NCBI GenBank assembly: GCA_012295275.1
Contig: CM022677.1
Location: forward strand, 15,066,001-15,130,000
Source of the DNA: Chrysomallon squamiferum
Lineage: Eukaryota; Animalia; Mollusca
Direction of reading: 5' to 3'
DNA: 64,000 nt
Made by a program: the position numbers and the translations under genes. The notes beneath the pieces were generated by a model. The model did not search any database and was not told where the DNA came from. It saw only the letters and a list, made by a program, of their open reading frames with translations. Shown here piece after piece: positions 1-12,865 of the stretch (within the stretch, counting starts at the first letter, position 1; every line of letters starts with the position of its first letter).

Positions 1-170
1 ATGGTACAAGGAGCTCTTCACACTGTGGAAGGTAGGCAAGGCGTGAACGTCATTGTCATCGTGGTGGGCAATCTCATTGTTGTAGATCTGTTGAGTGATT
101 TTGTCTCTCACTCGCTTGCAGATGTGCTCATGAAACGAATGGCAGTCTGGTTATCAGGTGGGTGATTAAA
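1..170 (-). mobile_element. Fragment of FLYWCH/MULE (Mutator-like) transposase, runs off the window start
   Basis: Manual minus-strand translation gives NHPPDN, then after a frameshift CKRVRDKITQQIYNNEIAHHDDNDVHALPTFHSVKSSLYH. This resembles the HNHxPD...QIYxEE...LPxFxSxKSSLYR linker that precedes animal MULE transposase domains. Confidence 0.55.
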
Positions 171-381
171 AAACATAAAACAAGACATGGGATGCAATTG
201 AAAATGTTAAACAAGCCAGGGAAGATTTGATCAATAGGGTAAACAAAACAATGTAAAACAAAGGAAGATTAACCAATTTTCGCCAAAAGATAGCACTAGA
301 TTTGACTGTTTTTAACTGACAGAGAAGACTGGATTAATAGGCTAAACAAAACAAGTTGTGAAACAAAGGAGGATTAAATTT

Positions 382-399
382 TTATATATATATATATAT

Positions 400-492
<93 letters not shown>
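382..492. repeat. (TA)n(CA)n(GA)n compound microsatellite
   Basis: Directly visible. Confidence 0.95.
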
Positions 493-495
<3 letters not shown>

Positions 496-569
496 ATACG
501 ATATAATATACAAATCTAAATTAACCATCAACACTAAGTGTTTGGTTGTTAATGTTTGCATCATTCAGA

Positions 570-3500
570 TGAAAAGCTGACTGAAAACAGCAGACAAAAA
601 CTGAAGCGCAAATAAACATCATCGACAAAACAACTAAAATAAACAAAAATCAAAATGGAAAAGAAATATATTTCGAAATAGATACAAAATCATTAAAAGC
701 AATAGGTCCAAGCATAACTATCTGGGATGAAGTATTTACTTTCAGGGTTTTACCAAAAATAATCCCTGACGACAAACAAACAAAGAAAACACCCACACCA
801 CAACCCAGAAAAACACTCATTACACAACAGCAGCCAAAACAAACACTCATTACACAACAACAACAACCCAATAACACACAACAAAAACAAAGAAACAACA
901 ATTCACAAATACATCTCCAAAGATTTAAGATGTTCAACAAAGAAATAATACAACAAACAAAAGCTAAATTAGTCGGTGTGTAAATGTGGAAACGGCCAAG
1001 CTACTGGACCACACTGACGTTTAGCAGCAAATTAACAAACATAACCATCACCATTGATGTGTACAAATACATGTGACAGAAATGAGGCCACAGTCAGAAA
1101 TGGGGGCACATCACAAACCAGTGCACCCACAGACACAACCCCAAATCACTAACATGCAGTTTCTGTGGTGGAAATCACCAGCAGCAACTTTGAACACAAC
1201 AGAAAACAAAATTCTACGAAACGTTAACACAAAATGGAAAAAAATCAAACAAAAAACCAAAACCATCATTGAAAAAATCGACCACCACAACAACAAACCA
1301 AAACACAATCTGGACAAGGAGGTCAGGATTGCAGAAATACACAAAATTATGGTCTGCCTCCTCCTCAGAAACAACCAAGGAAACATAACTGACGACTCCA
1401 ATTTGAGCAGACAAAAAAAATTGAAGACAACTTGGGCTTCAAGATCTCCACAGACAACAAAGACTTAAATTACACACAGACAAGAGAAATCCCACAAACA
1501 CAAAACAACAGTGAACAAAAGAAACACCAGAACAGTACCAACCACTTACACTCTCTTCACAACAAGCACACAATAACACAGACCTCGCCACTCTTCACAA
1601 CAAGCACACAATAACACAGACCTCTCCACTCTTCACAACAAGCACACAATAACACAGGCCTCGCCACTCTTCACAACAAGCACACAATAACACAGACCTC
1701 TCCACTCTTCACAACAAGCACTCAATAACACAGACCTCTCCACTCTTCACAACAAGTACACAATAACACAGACCTCTCCACTCTTCACAACAAGTACACA
1801 ATAACACAGACCTCTCCACTCTTCACAACAAGCACACAATAACACAGACCTCTCCACTCTTCACAACAAGCACACAATAACACAGACCTCTCCACTCTTC
1901 ACAACAAGAACACAATAACACAGACCTCTCCACTCTTCACAACAAGCACACAATAACACAGGTCTCTCCACTCTTCACAACAAGCACACAATAACACAGA
2001 CCTCTCCACTCTTCACAACAAGAACACAATAACACAATAACAGACCTCTCCACTCTTTACAACAACCACACAATAACACAGACCTCTCCACTCTTCACAA
2101 CAAGCACACAATAACACAGACCTCTCCACTCTTCACAACAAGCACTCAATAACACAGACCTCTTCACTCTTCACAACAAGCACACAATAACACAGACCTC
2201 TCCACTCTTCACAACAAGCACACAATAACACAGACCTCTCCACTCTTCACAACAAGCACACAATAACACAGGTCTCTCCACTCTTCACAACAAGAACACA
2301 ATAACACAATAACAGACCTCTCCACTCTTTACAACAACCACACAATAACACAGACCTCTCCACTCTTCACAACAAGCACACAATAACACAGACCTCTCCA
2401 CTCTTCACAACAAGCACTCAATAACACAGACCTCTTCACTCTTCACAACAAGCACACAATAACACAGACCTCTCCACTCTTCACAACAAGCACACAATAA
2501 CACAGACCTCTCCACTCTTCACAACAAGCACACAATAACACAGACCTCTCCACTCTTCACAACAAGCACTCAATAACACAGACTTCTCCACTCTTCACAA
2601 CAAGCACACAATAACACAGACCTCTCCACTCTTCACAACAAGCACACAATAACACAGACCTCTCCACTCTTCACAACAAGCACACAATAACACAGACCTC
2701 TTCACTCCACTCTTCACAACAAGCACACAATAACACAGACCTCTTCACTCTTCACAACAAGAACACAATAACACAGACCTCTCCACTCTTCACAACAAGC
2801 ACACACTAACACAGACCTCTCCACTCTTCACAACAAGGACACAATAACACAGATCTCTCCACTCTTCACAACAAGCACACACTAACACAGACCTCTCCAC
2901 TCTTCACAACAACCACACAATAACACAGATCTCTCCACTCTTCAGTGGAACACTAAAGGCCTTCACTCAGCAGACCACGGAGACAAACTCGTACACTTCC
3001 TGGCCTCCACTAGAAACAAACCAGACGTGATATGCACACAAGAAACATGGCTAGGACATTACAACAAAAGCTTTTAACGTCCCCGGGTATCAAAGTTGTT
3101 ACGTCAACAGATTCAACAGCACCCGGGAAGGCATCATGACACTCATCAAACAAAACATTCCACACACCAAGCTGAACCAAGGCAAAGTCCACACCAACAT
3201 AGAAATATTAAGCATCACAGTACACAACAACAATCAAAACATCGACATAATTAACATATACAGCCCACCCACTCCTGCACTACACACCATGCAAACCCAC
3301 GACTTAAACAAAATGATAACAACAAACAACAAGCTCATTAAACTGGGCAATTTCAACTGTCACAACACCTTATGGGGTGGCTCAACAGACGACAGTACTG
3401 GAAAAGTCCTTGAATATTTCATAGAGCAAAACCAGCTGGTCTGTCTGAATGATGGAACATTCACATACACTAGCAACATCAGTGGTGGCCAATCTGCCAT

Positions 3501-4680
3501 TGATCTAACATTCACAAAGTAAGGACATCACAGTGCTCTGTGAATGGCAAGTGCTCAATCAACTAAACAGCAACCATCACCAAATACTCACCAACTACAA
3601 CAGCAAGAACACTTTCTCAGACAGAGCCATTTTCACACCCAAATGGAACTTCAACAAAGGGGGCTGGGAAGGCTTCTATAAAGCATGCAGAAACATCACC
3701 ACACAGAACCCCAACCACATCGACACCTACTGCACATCGCTCACCAACACTCCATTGCAAACAGATTCACACCCAAAACCAGACAATGCACCGGCAAAAT
3801 ATCCACTCCCTGGTGGGTGGAATACACAGAAAAGAAATGCAAAGAGAGAAACAAATTCAGAAGACAATACAAAAAAGACAAAAATTATTCGAGACGAAAA
3901 ATAAAAAATAGCAAAAAAAGAAGTTTCCAATCTAATTCTCACTGCAAAACAAGAACACTGGGACCTCTTTTGTAACAAGAATGACCACAAAACATGAGTC
4001 AAAGACATGTGGGCCAAAGTGAAAAACATCCAAGGCAAAAAAAAAAAAAACAGATTCAACACTCTCAGTAAAAACAACATCACATTCAATGACAAACAAA
4101 AAGCAGACCTACTCAGTGAAACTTTCACCAAGTCCAGCAGCAACTCAAACTTCCCACTGAAATTCACAAAGAAACCACTGGACTACCTCGCAATCGACGA
4201 ACATTCCGCAGACACAGAACACATGAAATACAATCAACTCTTCAACATCACGAAACTAAAACATACACAAAAACAAGAAAAGTACAGCCACAGGGCCAGA
4301 TAAAATAAGGTACACAATACTACAACACCTACCAGATGAAACACAACTCATTGTACTCGACCTCTACAACACAATATGCACTACAGGCAAGATTCCAACA
4401 AACTGGAAACACGCCGAATGTTTCAGCTTGCCCAAACCACACAAAGATCACTCACTACCCAACAGACTGATCACGCTGATGTCACACATGTGTAAAACAT
4501 TGGAAACAATGATCAACACACCCCTGAGCCAGCATTTAAACAACAACAATTTAGTCAGCAAATATCAAAGCAGCTTCAGGAAGAAACACAGCACAAACGA
4601 CCAGATCACAAGCCTGCAAACATCAATCAACCAATCTTTTAGGAAATCCAAAAAGGTTATAGCAGTATTCCTAGATATTT
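570..4680 (+). mobile_element. Degenerate non-LTR retrotransposon (LINE, I-group-like): ORF1 remnant, APE endonuclease and N-terminal half of RT; 3'-truncated
   Basis: ORF1 zinc-knuckle remnants QKWGHITNQC and CSFCGGNH at ~1095-1180. APE motifs LQWNTKGL (~2940), PDVICTQETWL, IINIYSPP, LGNFNCHNTLWG, LNDGTFTY, SAIDLTF, SNHHQI. RT motifs WKHA..PKPHKD, ITLMSHMCKTLE, YQSSFRKKHST, AVFLDI. Many stops and frameshifts; no YADD region present. The 5' boundary is approximate. Confidence 0.9.
1545..2945 (+). repeat. 38-bp minisatellite, ~37 near-identical copies (CAATAACACAGACCTCTCCACTCTTCACAACAAGCACA)
   Basis: Period of 38 measured (CACTCTTCAC at 1741 and 1779); head-to-tail with no spacers. Confidence 0.95.
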
Positions 4681-4689
4681 GCTGTTGCT

Positions 4690-6905
4690 GATGCATTCAC
4701 ACACTCTATTATCAGAGTAGAAATTATCACTATTGATGATACACTCACACACGCACACACATATATTATTCTCAGAGCAGCAGTTATCACTACTGCTCTT
4801 ACACACACACACACACACACTATTATCAGAGTAGCAGTTATCACTATTCCTGATACACTCACACACACACACACACACGCTCACACTATTTTCAGAGTAG
4901 CAATTATCACTATTGCTGATACATACACACTCACTATTATCAGAGTAGTAATTATCAATATTGCTCACAAACACATACACACTATTATCAGACTAGCAGT
5001 GATCACTATTGCTGATTTACTCAAGCACACTATTATCAGAGTAACAGTTATCACTACTCACAGTCTCACACATACACACACACACACACACACTATTATC
5101 ACAGAAACAATTATCACTACTGCTGATACACACTATTATCAGAGTAGCAGTTGTCCCTATTGCTGATACACTCAAACATATACACTCACAGACTATTATC
5201 AATATTCCTGTCAAACACACACACACATACTATTATCACATTAGCAGTTATCATTATAGCTGATACACACACACACACACACACACTATTATCAGAGTAG
5301 CAGTTATCACTATTGCTTAAACAGACAAAACTGTTATCACAGTAGAAATTATCAGTATTGCTGATACACTCACAAGTACATACACATACTATTATCAAAC
5401 TAGCAATTACCAGTATTGCTGATATACTCACAAACACTCACACAGATATTATCAGAGTAGCAGTTATCACTATTGCTGATACTCTCACACACACACTACT
5501 ATCAGAGTAGAAGTTGTCACCATTGCTGATACACACAAACACAACAATTATCAGAGTAGCAATTATCACTATGTCTGATAAACTCAGAAACACAGGCACA
5601 TACTATTATCAGAGTAGCATTTATCACAATTGCTGATACACACACAGACACATTATTATCAGAGTAGCAGTTATCACTATTGCTGACAAACACATACACA
5701 TACAGACATACACATACTATGATCAGAGTAGTAATTATCACTATTGTTGATACACTCAAACACAATCACACATACTGTTATAGTAGTAGTTATCACTATT
5801 TCCGATACCCACACACACAAACAGAGACACGCATACCATTACCAGACTAGCAATTATCACTACTGCTGATATACACATACACTATTATCTGAGTAGATAT
5901 TATCACTATTGCTGGTACACTCACACACACACATCCTGTAAACAATGTAGCAATTAACACTATTGCTGATATACCCACAAACACACACACATATACTATT
6001 ATCAGAGTAGAAGTTATCATAATTGCTGATACAGATACACTTTTATCAGAGTAGCAGTTATCAATATTGCTGATACACTCAAAGACATACACATACACAT
6101 ACTATTATCAAAGTAGCAATTATCACTATTGCTCATACACTCAAACACAAACATACACATACTGTTACCATAGTAGCAGTTATCACTATTGCTGATATTC
6201 TCTCACACACACACTCACAGTCATATAATATTGTCAAATACACAGAGATCATATATCAGAGTAGAAATGTTCAGTATTGCTGATACACTCAAACACAATA
6301 TTATCAGAGTAGCAATTACCACAATTGCTGATATACTCTCACACATACACACACACACACACTCACACTCACACTATTATCAGAGTAGCAGTTATAACTA
6401 TTGCTAATACTCACAAACACACACACATATACTATTATCAGAGTAGCAATTATCACTATTGCTGATACACTCACAAACACACACACATATTATCAGAATA
6501 GCAGGTATCACTATTGCTGATACACTCACATGCAGACACATATACCATTACCAGAGTAGCAATTATCAATATTGCTCAAAGAAACACACATACACATACT
6601 ATTAGTAGCAGTTATCACTACTGCTGATATACACACACATATACAGATACATACTATTATCAGAATAACAGTTATCACTATTGCTTGTACACTCACACTC
6701 ACTCACATACACACTATTATCAGAGTAGCAATTATCTATATTGCTGATACACACATACAAACTGATCAGAATAGCAATTTTCATTATTGCTGATACACAT
6801 ACACACACTTATCAGAATACCAATTTTCATTATTGCTGATACACACACACACAGACTATTGTCAGAGCAATTATCTCTATTGCTTATACACACATACTCA
6901 CTCAC
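4690..6905 (+). repeat. Minisatellite: conserved ~36-bp core (ACTATTATCAGAGTAGCAGTTATCACTATTGCTGAT) separated by variable (CA)n linkers
   Basis: Core recurs roughly every 45-65 bp; explains the Cys/Val-rich pseudo-ORFs in this interval. Confidence 0.92.
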
Positions 6906-7477
6906 TCTCAGAAATATAAATATAAGTAAAGCTGAAATTAGAAAATTAATTATAAAAGGCTGAAAGTCAGACTCAGAGACAGAGAACACGAGAACAAAAG
7001 CAAAAAGGAAACAAGCAGTTTATACATAATTACCTACTCAATAACAAATACATAATAATTACAAATATATAACAAAACAAAGTATTTATATACATTAAAA
7101 ATATCTATATAAAATTATTTCATAATAAAAAGTTAAGTTTAATATTCTTAGCATATGGTTTAACTAAGTTGATTATGTCAGATTGAGAAAGATTAGGATT
7201 ATAAAAATTTATCACATTTAAAAAACAATTACCTGAAGTAAGTTTAACTAAATCGTCAATGACAGATACAGAAAGATCAGGACAATTGGAGTTCAGACTT
7301 AATTCCTGTAGAGAAGTTGGCATCTGGAATATCTGAAAAAAATGAAAAAGCAGGATTAACAAACCTGATAACTGTTCTTAACTATCAGCAGAAATAGAAA
7401 AAACGTTGAAACATATTCTGATAAGTGTATCAAATCTAGATAGTTACAGAATGAAATACATGTGTGTGTATGTATAT

Positions 7478-7481
<4 letters not shown>

Positions 7482-7559
<78 letters not shown>

Positions 7560-7908
7560 ATATATATTTTGCAAATCTAAATTTACGATCAACTGTAAGT
7601 GTTTGGTTGTTAACTTTTGCATCATTCAGACAAAAATACAAGATTAAATGATCCCAGCTGGTAATAAAAACAAATACAAACAATAATAATAATAATAATA
7701 ATAATTCACAATGTGCAGAATCTACATTATCAGAAAATAGCTCTGAAATTATAGAGAAATACAGATTTATATTAATAAAACCAGTATAAATAAATAAGAA
7801 AGTTAATAAATTGTAAAAATATATAATGATAAATTAAGATTCTTAAAGCTAAGGTGTCTTAGAGGAGAGAGAGAAAGAGAAAGACAGTAAGAGAGACAAA
7901 GTATCAAT

Positions 7909-7980
<72 letters not shown>
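7482..7980. repeat. Two (GA)n microsatellites (7482-7555, 7918-7980)
   Basis: Directly visible. Confidence 0.95.
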
Positions 7981-7982
<2 letters not shown>

Positions 7983-8259
7983 GAAATAGTGGCAGATAAA
8001 GAAAAGTTAATAAAATGACATGAATAATACGAAGAAAACCTGAGAGTTTTAAGAGCTGGACTGACACAGTGAGAGAAATAATCATTTCCTAGAGAATTAC
8101 TCGACACATCCAAATATTCCTGTTTACCAACAACATTTTGCCCATAGAGTCCTTGAAAAACCCCACTTAAGTTGTGTATTAGTTTTAAAAACTATTAACA
8201 CAAATTGTTAACACTTATCTATTTGTTAGTATTAAAATGTAATTAGTAGATGTTTTAAC

Positions 8260-8884
8260 AGTAGTAATAGTATCAACAGCAGTGGTAGTAGTTGTGGTAA
8301 TAACAGCAACAGAACTAGTAACAGTGGTTGAGTAGTTGCCACAGCAGTAGTTGTAGTAGTAGTAATAGTAGTAACAGCAGCAGCAGAATTCATAGTAGTA
8401 GTAGTATTAGTAGTAGTAGTAGTAGTAGTAGTAGAAGTAGTAGATGTAATAAGTGGTAAAAATAACATTTGTAGTATAGCAGTAACACACATAGTGGTAA
8501 ATAGATATATAATAATAACTGGTAATCGATTTAGTGTGTTGAAAGTCACTGTTAGTAACTATTTTTTGTTAGTAGAATAATACTAGTAACAGTGGTAGTA
8601 GCAGAAGTAGCAATATTAGTAGCTAACTGATAATACTGGATAATTACATATACTAATTACTATACTACTACTAATAATAATAACAATAACAGTGACAATA
8701 TAATAATAATACTACTAATAATAATAATAACAATACCAAGAACAACACAAATAATAATAATAAGAAGAAGAAGAAGAAGAGAAAATATGATTTTTTTCTC
8801 ATAATTATACATATATAAATATAAAAATAATTTCTTGTTATTGGTATAAGCATTATGTAATGAATATGGAATTCTTTAAACTGG

Positions 8885-8930
<46 letters not shown>
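8260..8930. repeat. Degenerate (GTA)n/(AAT)n trinucleotide low-complexity tract
   Basis: Directly visible. Confidence 0.85.
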
Positions 8931-8933
<3 letters not shown>

Positions 8934-9412
8934 AAAGATTTTGTAACAGTTATAATTAAGATTACTCACAGCACTCTCAGTGTCTGTTTTGTTGGTGGTG
9001 AGGCTAAGGAAGATCACTGTTGTGTTAGAACACACTGCCAAACACACAGATTGGAAAGCCTGGGGTCCAAAACTGTTTCCTGATAAATTTAAAACCTAGT
9101 TTAAAAAATAATGAAAATACAGAACACTAAATTATTCAGTAGGTTGTTATTTTACATAAAATAATGAAAAGGTTGATAATAATTAACGTGAATATTATGT
9201 AATTCAGTATGATTATATTTTAAATAAATTAAAAATAATAAGAAAATAAATAAATGATAGATAGATACATACATACATCAGATAGATAGACAGAAGATAG
9301 GCAGAAAGATTAATAATTAAATAAAAATAAATAAACTAAAAATAATCAACTGTCTACTAAAACAAAGAGGGCAGACCTTGAAATTAAGAGAAAACATTAA
9401 GTGAATATAAAT

Positions 9413-11890
9413 GGGTCATTCCGTGTCAAATCACCCAAAAAAAAAAGAAATTTAAACCCGACCGTCTCAGATTTTTATAAAACTTGGTATACTTGTTGAC
9501 TGGGATCCCACAGCACAAAATCTGAAATGTTAGCCCAATCAGACCAGTGGTGTGGGAGATACGGCCCACCGAATTTTGAGATTTTTGCCAAAAATGGGTG
9601 TGACCACCAACCTTAGAACCCTCATATCTCAGGAACTACTGGGCCAATCTTCATAAAATTGGTATTGTTAGAAATGCAAAATGACAAGGATTCCAAATCT
9701 GCCATTTTTGTTTAGTTTGGAAAATATTGGAGTACCTTGACCTTTTGACCTTTGCTAGGACCTTGAAATTGACCGTGTGGATCACGTGATCTTGAGATGA
9801 CCTTTATTGAAATTTAATCTCCCACATGTTAACTAAAACATATAAAAGTTTCCTGGGTGTAATATTTTTTGTTTAGCACAATATAGATTTAAAAAATGCA
9901 CATACATGAAAATAACACCTTTTCAGCCATTAACATCTGATTAACTAAAACCTGAATGACCAATTCTGGAAGCTAGGGATCACCATCTTTCTTGATCATC
10001 GAGTAAGACATTGTAGGCCTACATGTATGCATAAAGTTCACATAAATTTGAGAGAACTAGGTGTTTCTGATGCTTAACCTTCTCACTATGTTTGTTTCAA
10101 ATGCTCACAGTATCCTTCATTCCCAGACACATTCTACTGTTCTCATCACTTTCATAAAATTGGATTATTTCCTCCTTCAATTCATTGTCCTTTCAATGGT
10201 AAAGGGTGACAAAATCAAGATTTGCACATGCTCTGGGTAGGGTTCAGACATTAAGATGTCATTTTAATGTTACTGTAGCTGATGCTAATTTTTTTCTGTC
10301 CTTTCATTCATTACTGGAACGTGCTAGTGAATGGAGTTTGACAGGAGTTTCGCCTAAACTCGACAGAATAGAATTCAAATCAAAGTCCTTTTCTGGAGAA
10401 ACAACAACCAGCGGTTTGTCTGGCAAGTTATCACCAAATTCTCCGATTGTAATACCACCCATACTAAAGCCATCCTCTGCAGAACCTTTGATTTCTGAAG
10501 GGTAATCAGACAGTCACAGCACAACTTGATTCCTGGCACTAGTGTCTTTGGAGGATTTACTAAGCATTTGTAAGTGCCCATGCTAACAATTCTTAAAGAT
10601 CTAGTGCGTGCTTGCTCAGGGTGGCGATTAAGGGGATCACAACAGTTTTTCTGCAATGTTGAAAATTTGATGAAAGTTCTTATTTATGATACTCTTGATG
10701 TCCTGTGTTCTGATCCCACTTCAAAGAGTGAGGAGTTCGACTTCCCCAGTTTTCCATACACTTCGCAACAACTCCTTTTTGATATGATGGTGTTGATAAC
10801 ACACATTTTCAGGAGAGTTAAAGCTGCAGTTAGCCCTGGAAGAAATAAGGATTTTCAGTATTGGCCTGCACCTTCAATTCAATAGAACAAAGTCAGTGCT
10901 TTCCTAAATACTAAATCAAATCCTGAAACCCTTTCAGTAAAGTTAAGCAGGCCATAAATGGCAGCAGAGTACATGTGTTATTGCCAAAGGCCCACAAGTC
11001 TTGGGCATTTATGTCAATCTTCTCAAGTATAAATCACAGTTTATTAAGGTGAAGTAGACCTTGTTCATACTCTGTGCCGAAGACTGGGTGTACAAATACA
11101 TTATGCAGTACATCACTTGATTACGTCTGATTTCAGACTGGGTTGTACTGTTGTTGACTGAAACCTTGTTCAAAACCAATGGCAAGCCCCACATGACATG
11201 ATAAAATTACTTAATAGGTTTTATGAAATAAAAATATTGTTTATATATCAACATCTGACATTGTGTCCAACTTAAAAAGCTTCAGATTGTCAAAGAAATG
11301 CAGATGAAGAAACTTCTTTGTCTTAAACTTTTAATTGCCATGTGCTCAATGGGGATTGCACCAGGGAATCTAAAGGAGTTCCTGACCTGCCTGAAGCATC
11401 ACTTCCTGTTAACCCTTTGAGCCTGATTGTGTAGAACATATCATGCCATTTGGCATCTTTTCATATCCTTCAGGCATTCCTTCAGACATGTCAGGTGGGT
11501 TTTAACTCCAAAGATGAGTTTTTAGTCTCAGAGAAAATGTACATTGTAATGCATTGTATCAATCATCCATGCAGGTATGCATTTTTTTAAATCTCTATTA
11601 TGGCTAAACAAAAAATATTATACCCAGGAAACTTTTATATGTGAACTTTATGCATACATGTAGTCCTACAATGTCTTACTCGATGATCAAGAGAGATGGT
11701 GATTCCTAGCATCCAGAATTGACCATTCAGGTTTTAGTTAATCAGATGTTAATGGCTGAAAAGGTGTTATTTTCATGTATGTGCATTTTTAAAATCTATT
11801 TTGTGGCTAAACAAAAAATATTACACCCAGGAAACTTTTATCTGAGACGGTTGGGTTTAAACCATTGGGTGATTTGACACGGAATGACCC
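9413..11890 (-). mobile_element. Sola2-like DNA transposon, internally deleted and non-autonomous, with long TIRs and 4-bp TSD (AAAT)
   Basis: Terminus GGGTCATTCCGTGTCAAATCACCCA at 9413 and its exact reverse complement ending at 11890; AAAT on both flanks. The inverted repeat extends ~630 bp (9413-~10045), with the right copy (~11575-11890) internally deleted. An internal minus-strand remnant QKNCCDPLNRH..RSLRIV..LVPGIKLCCDC matches the Cys/His N-terminal motif of Sola2-type transposases. GRG termini and a 4-bp TSD fit Sola2. Confidence 0.8.
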
Positions 11891-12239
11891 AAATACAAAT
11901 ATTTATCCAAATCATAAGTAACTATTTAAAAGACACTAATAGTAACAAGCTAGTTATTAGAATAATACTGGTTCTAAAAAAATCACTAATAATAATAATT
12001 TTCAGAAAACAAATATATTGACAATACAAGTTTACAACTTCATTACTGTTTGGGTTTGTTTGGCCACTAAATAGAGCTGTTAGGGAATATAGAATATCTA
12101 TTAAACAAAAAATGAAAATACTAAAAACTTCAAATCCCAAAGAGTATTTGTCAATTCTGAACAACAGTAAGCAGAGATGGTCAATTGATTCTTTATTTTA
12201 TTTTTTCAAAACTGTTAATAGCAACATAAAAAATAAAAA

Positions 12240-12817
12240 ATAATAATAAACTGTTATAAATAAATAACTAATGTTTCTGTTATTATTAAAATTTAAATTG
12301 TACTGGATTATTCAGACACAAAGGGGTGCGGGATATTTTTTTATATACTTTGTATAATCATTATAATGATAATGATGATAATGGTATTAATTTAATTAAT
12401 TAAAAAAACAATAGCAAATAAATGATTATTATTATGGGATTTTACAATCAGTAAAGAGTTGTTACACTTTCTCTAAGAAATAAAAATAACATTTATTTCA
12501 CTTTCTCTAAGAAATAAAAATAAGATAAAAAAAATTACAACTTGGAACTGTGCAGTCTGCAGTGTCTGTACAGCTGATTCATCCTTCTCCATTACATGAA
12601 TTCCCTTTCTAGACAGCAGCTGAACAATACAGCAATTATGTATAAAAGATTTATCATTAATTGGTAAACAAAGATTTTAGCAATTCCAACATGAACATGA
12701 CACTTTTTCTTTCTTTTTTTCAATCTACATTTGTCTGATTAAATGCATTTTTGTTTGCTTATTATCATTCATGCAATATGTCTCTCTCACACACAAACAG
12801 TCACATACAAATGCCCG

Positions 12818-12865
<48 letters not shown>

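Larger units (their letters stand above)
7120..9079 (-). pseudogene. 3' exons of an RNI-like leucine-rich-repeat protein gene, disrupted (exons 8970-9079, 8040-8151, 7120-7332)
   Basis: AG/GT-bounded exons translate to GNSFGPQAFQSVCLAVCSNTTVIFLSLTTNKTDTESA, then DSMGKMLLVN [frameshift] EYLDVSSNSLGNDYFSHCVSPALKTL, then IFQMPTSLQELSLNSN... These fit the LxxLxLxxN pattern. The first two exons are phase-0 compatible; the last exon's phase is incompatible. Confidence 0.6.

Noticed and set aside
1545-2945. CRISPR array next to a nuclease/RT (38-bp repeats)
   Set aside because: Units are head-to-tail with no unique spacers, there are no cas genes, the context is eukaryotic, and the adjacent RT/endonuclease is a LINE.
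4690-6905. Repeat-spacer array or Cys-rich (metallothionein/keratin-like) proteins
   Set aside because: The linkers are just variable (CA)n slippage tracts, and the ORFs are translations of the repeat.
7356-8853. Poly-ER/LS, poly-T and hydrophobic membrane-like ORFs
   Set aside because: Microsatellite translations; only the short LRR exon within ORF 7904-8113 is credible.
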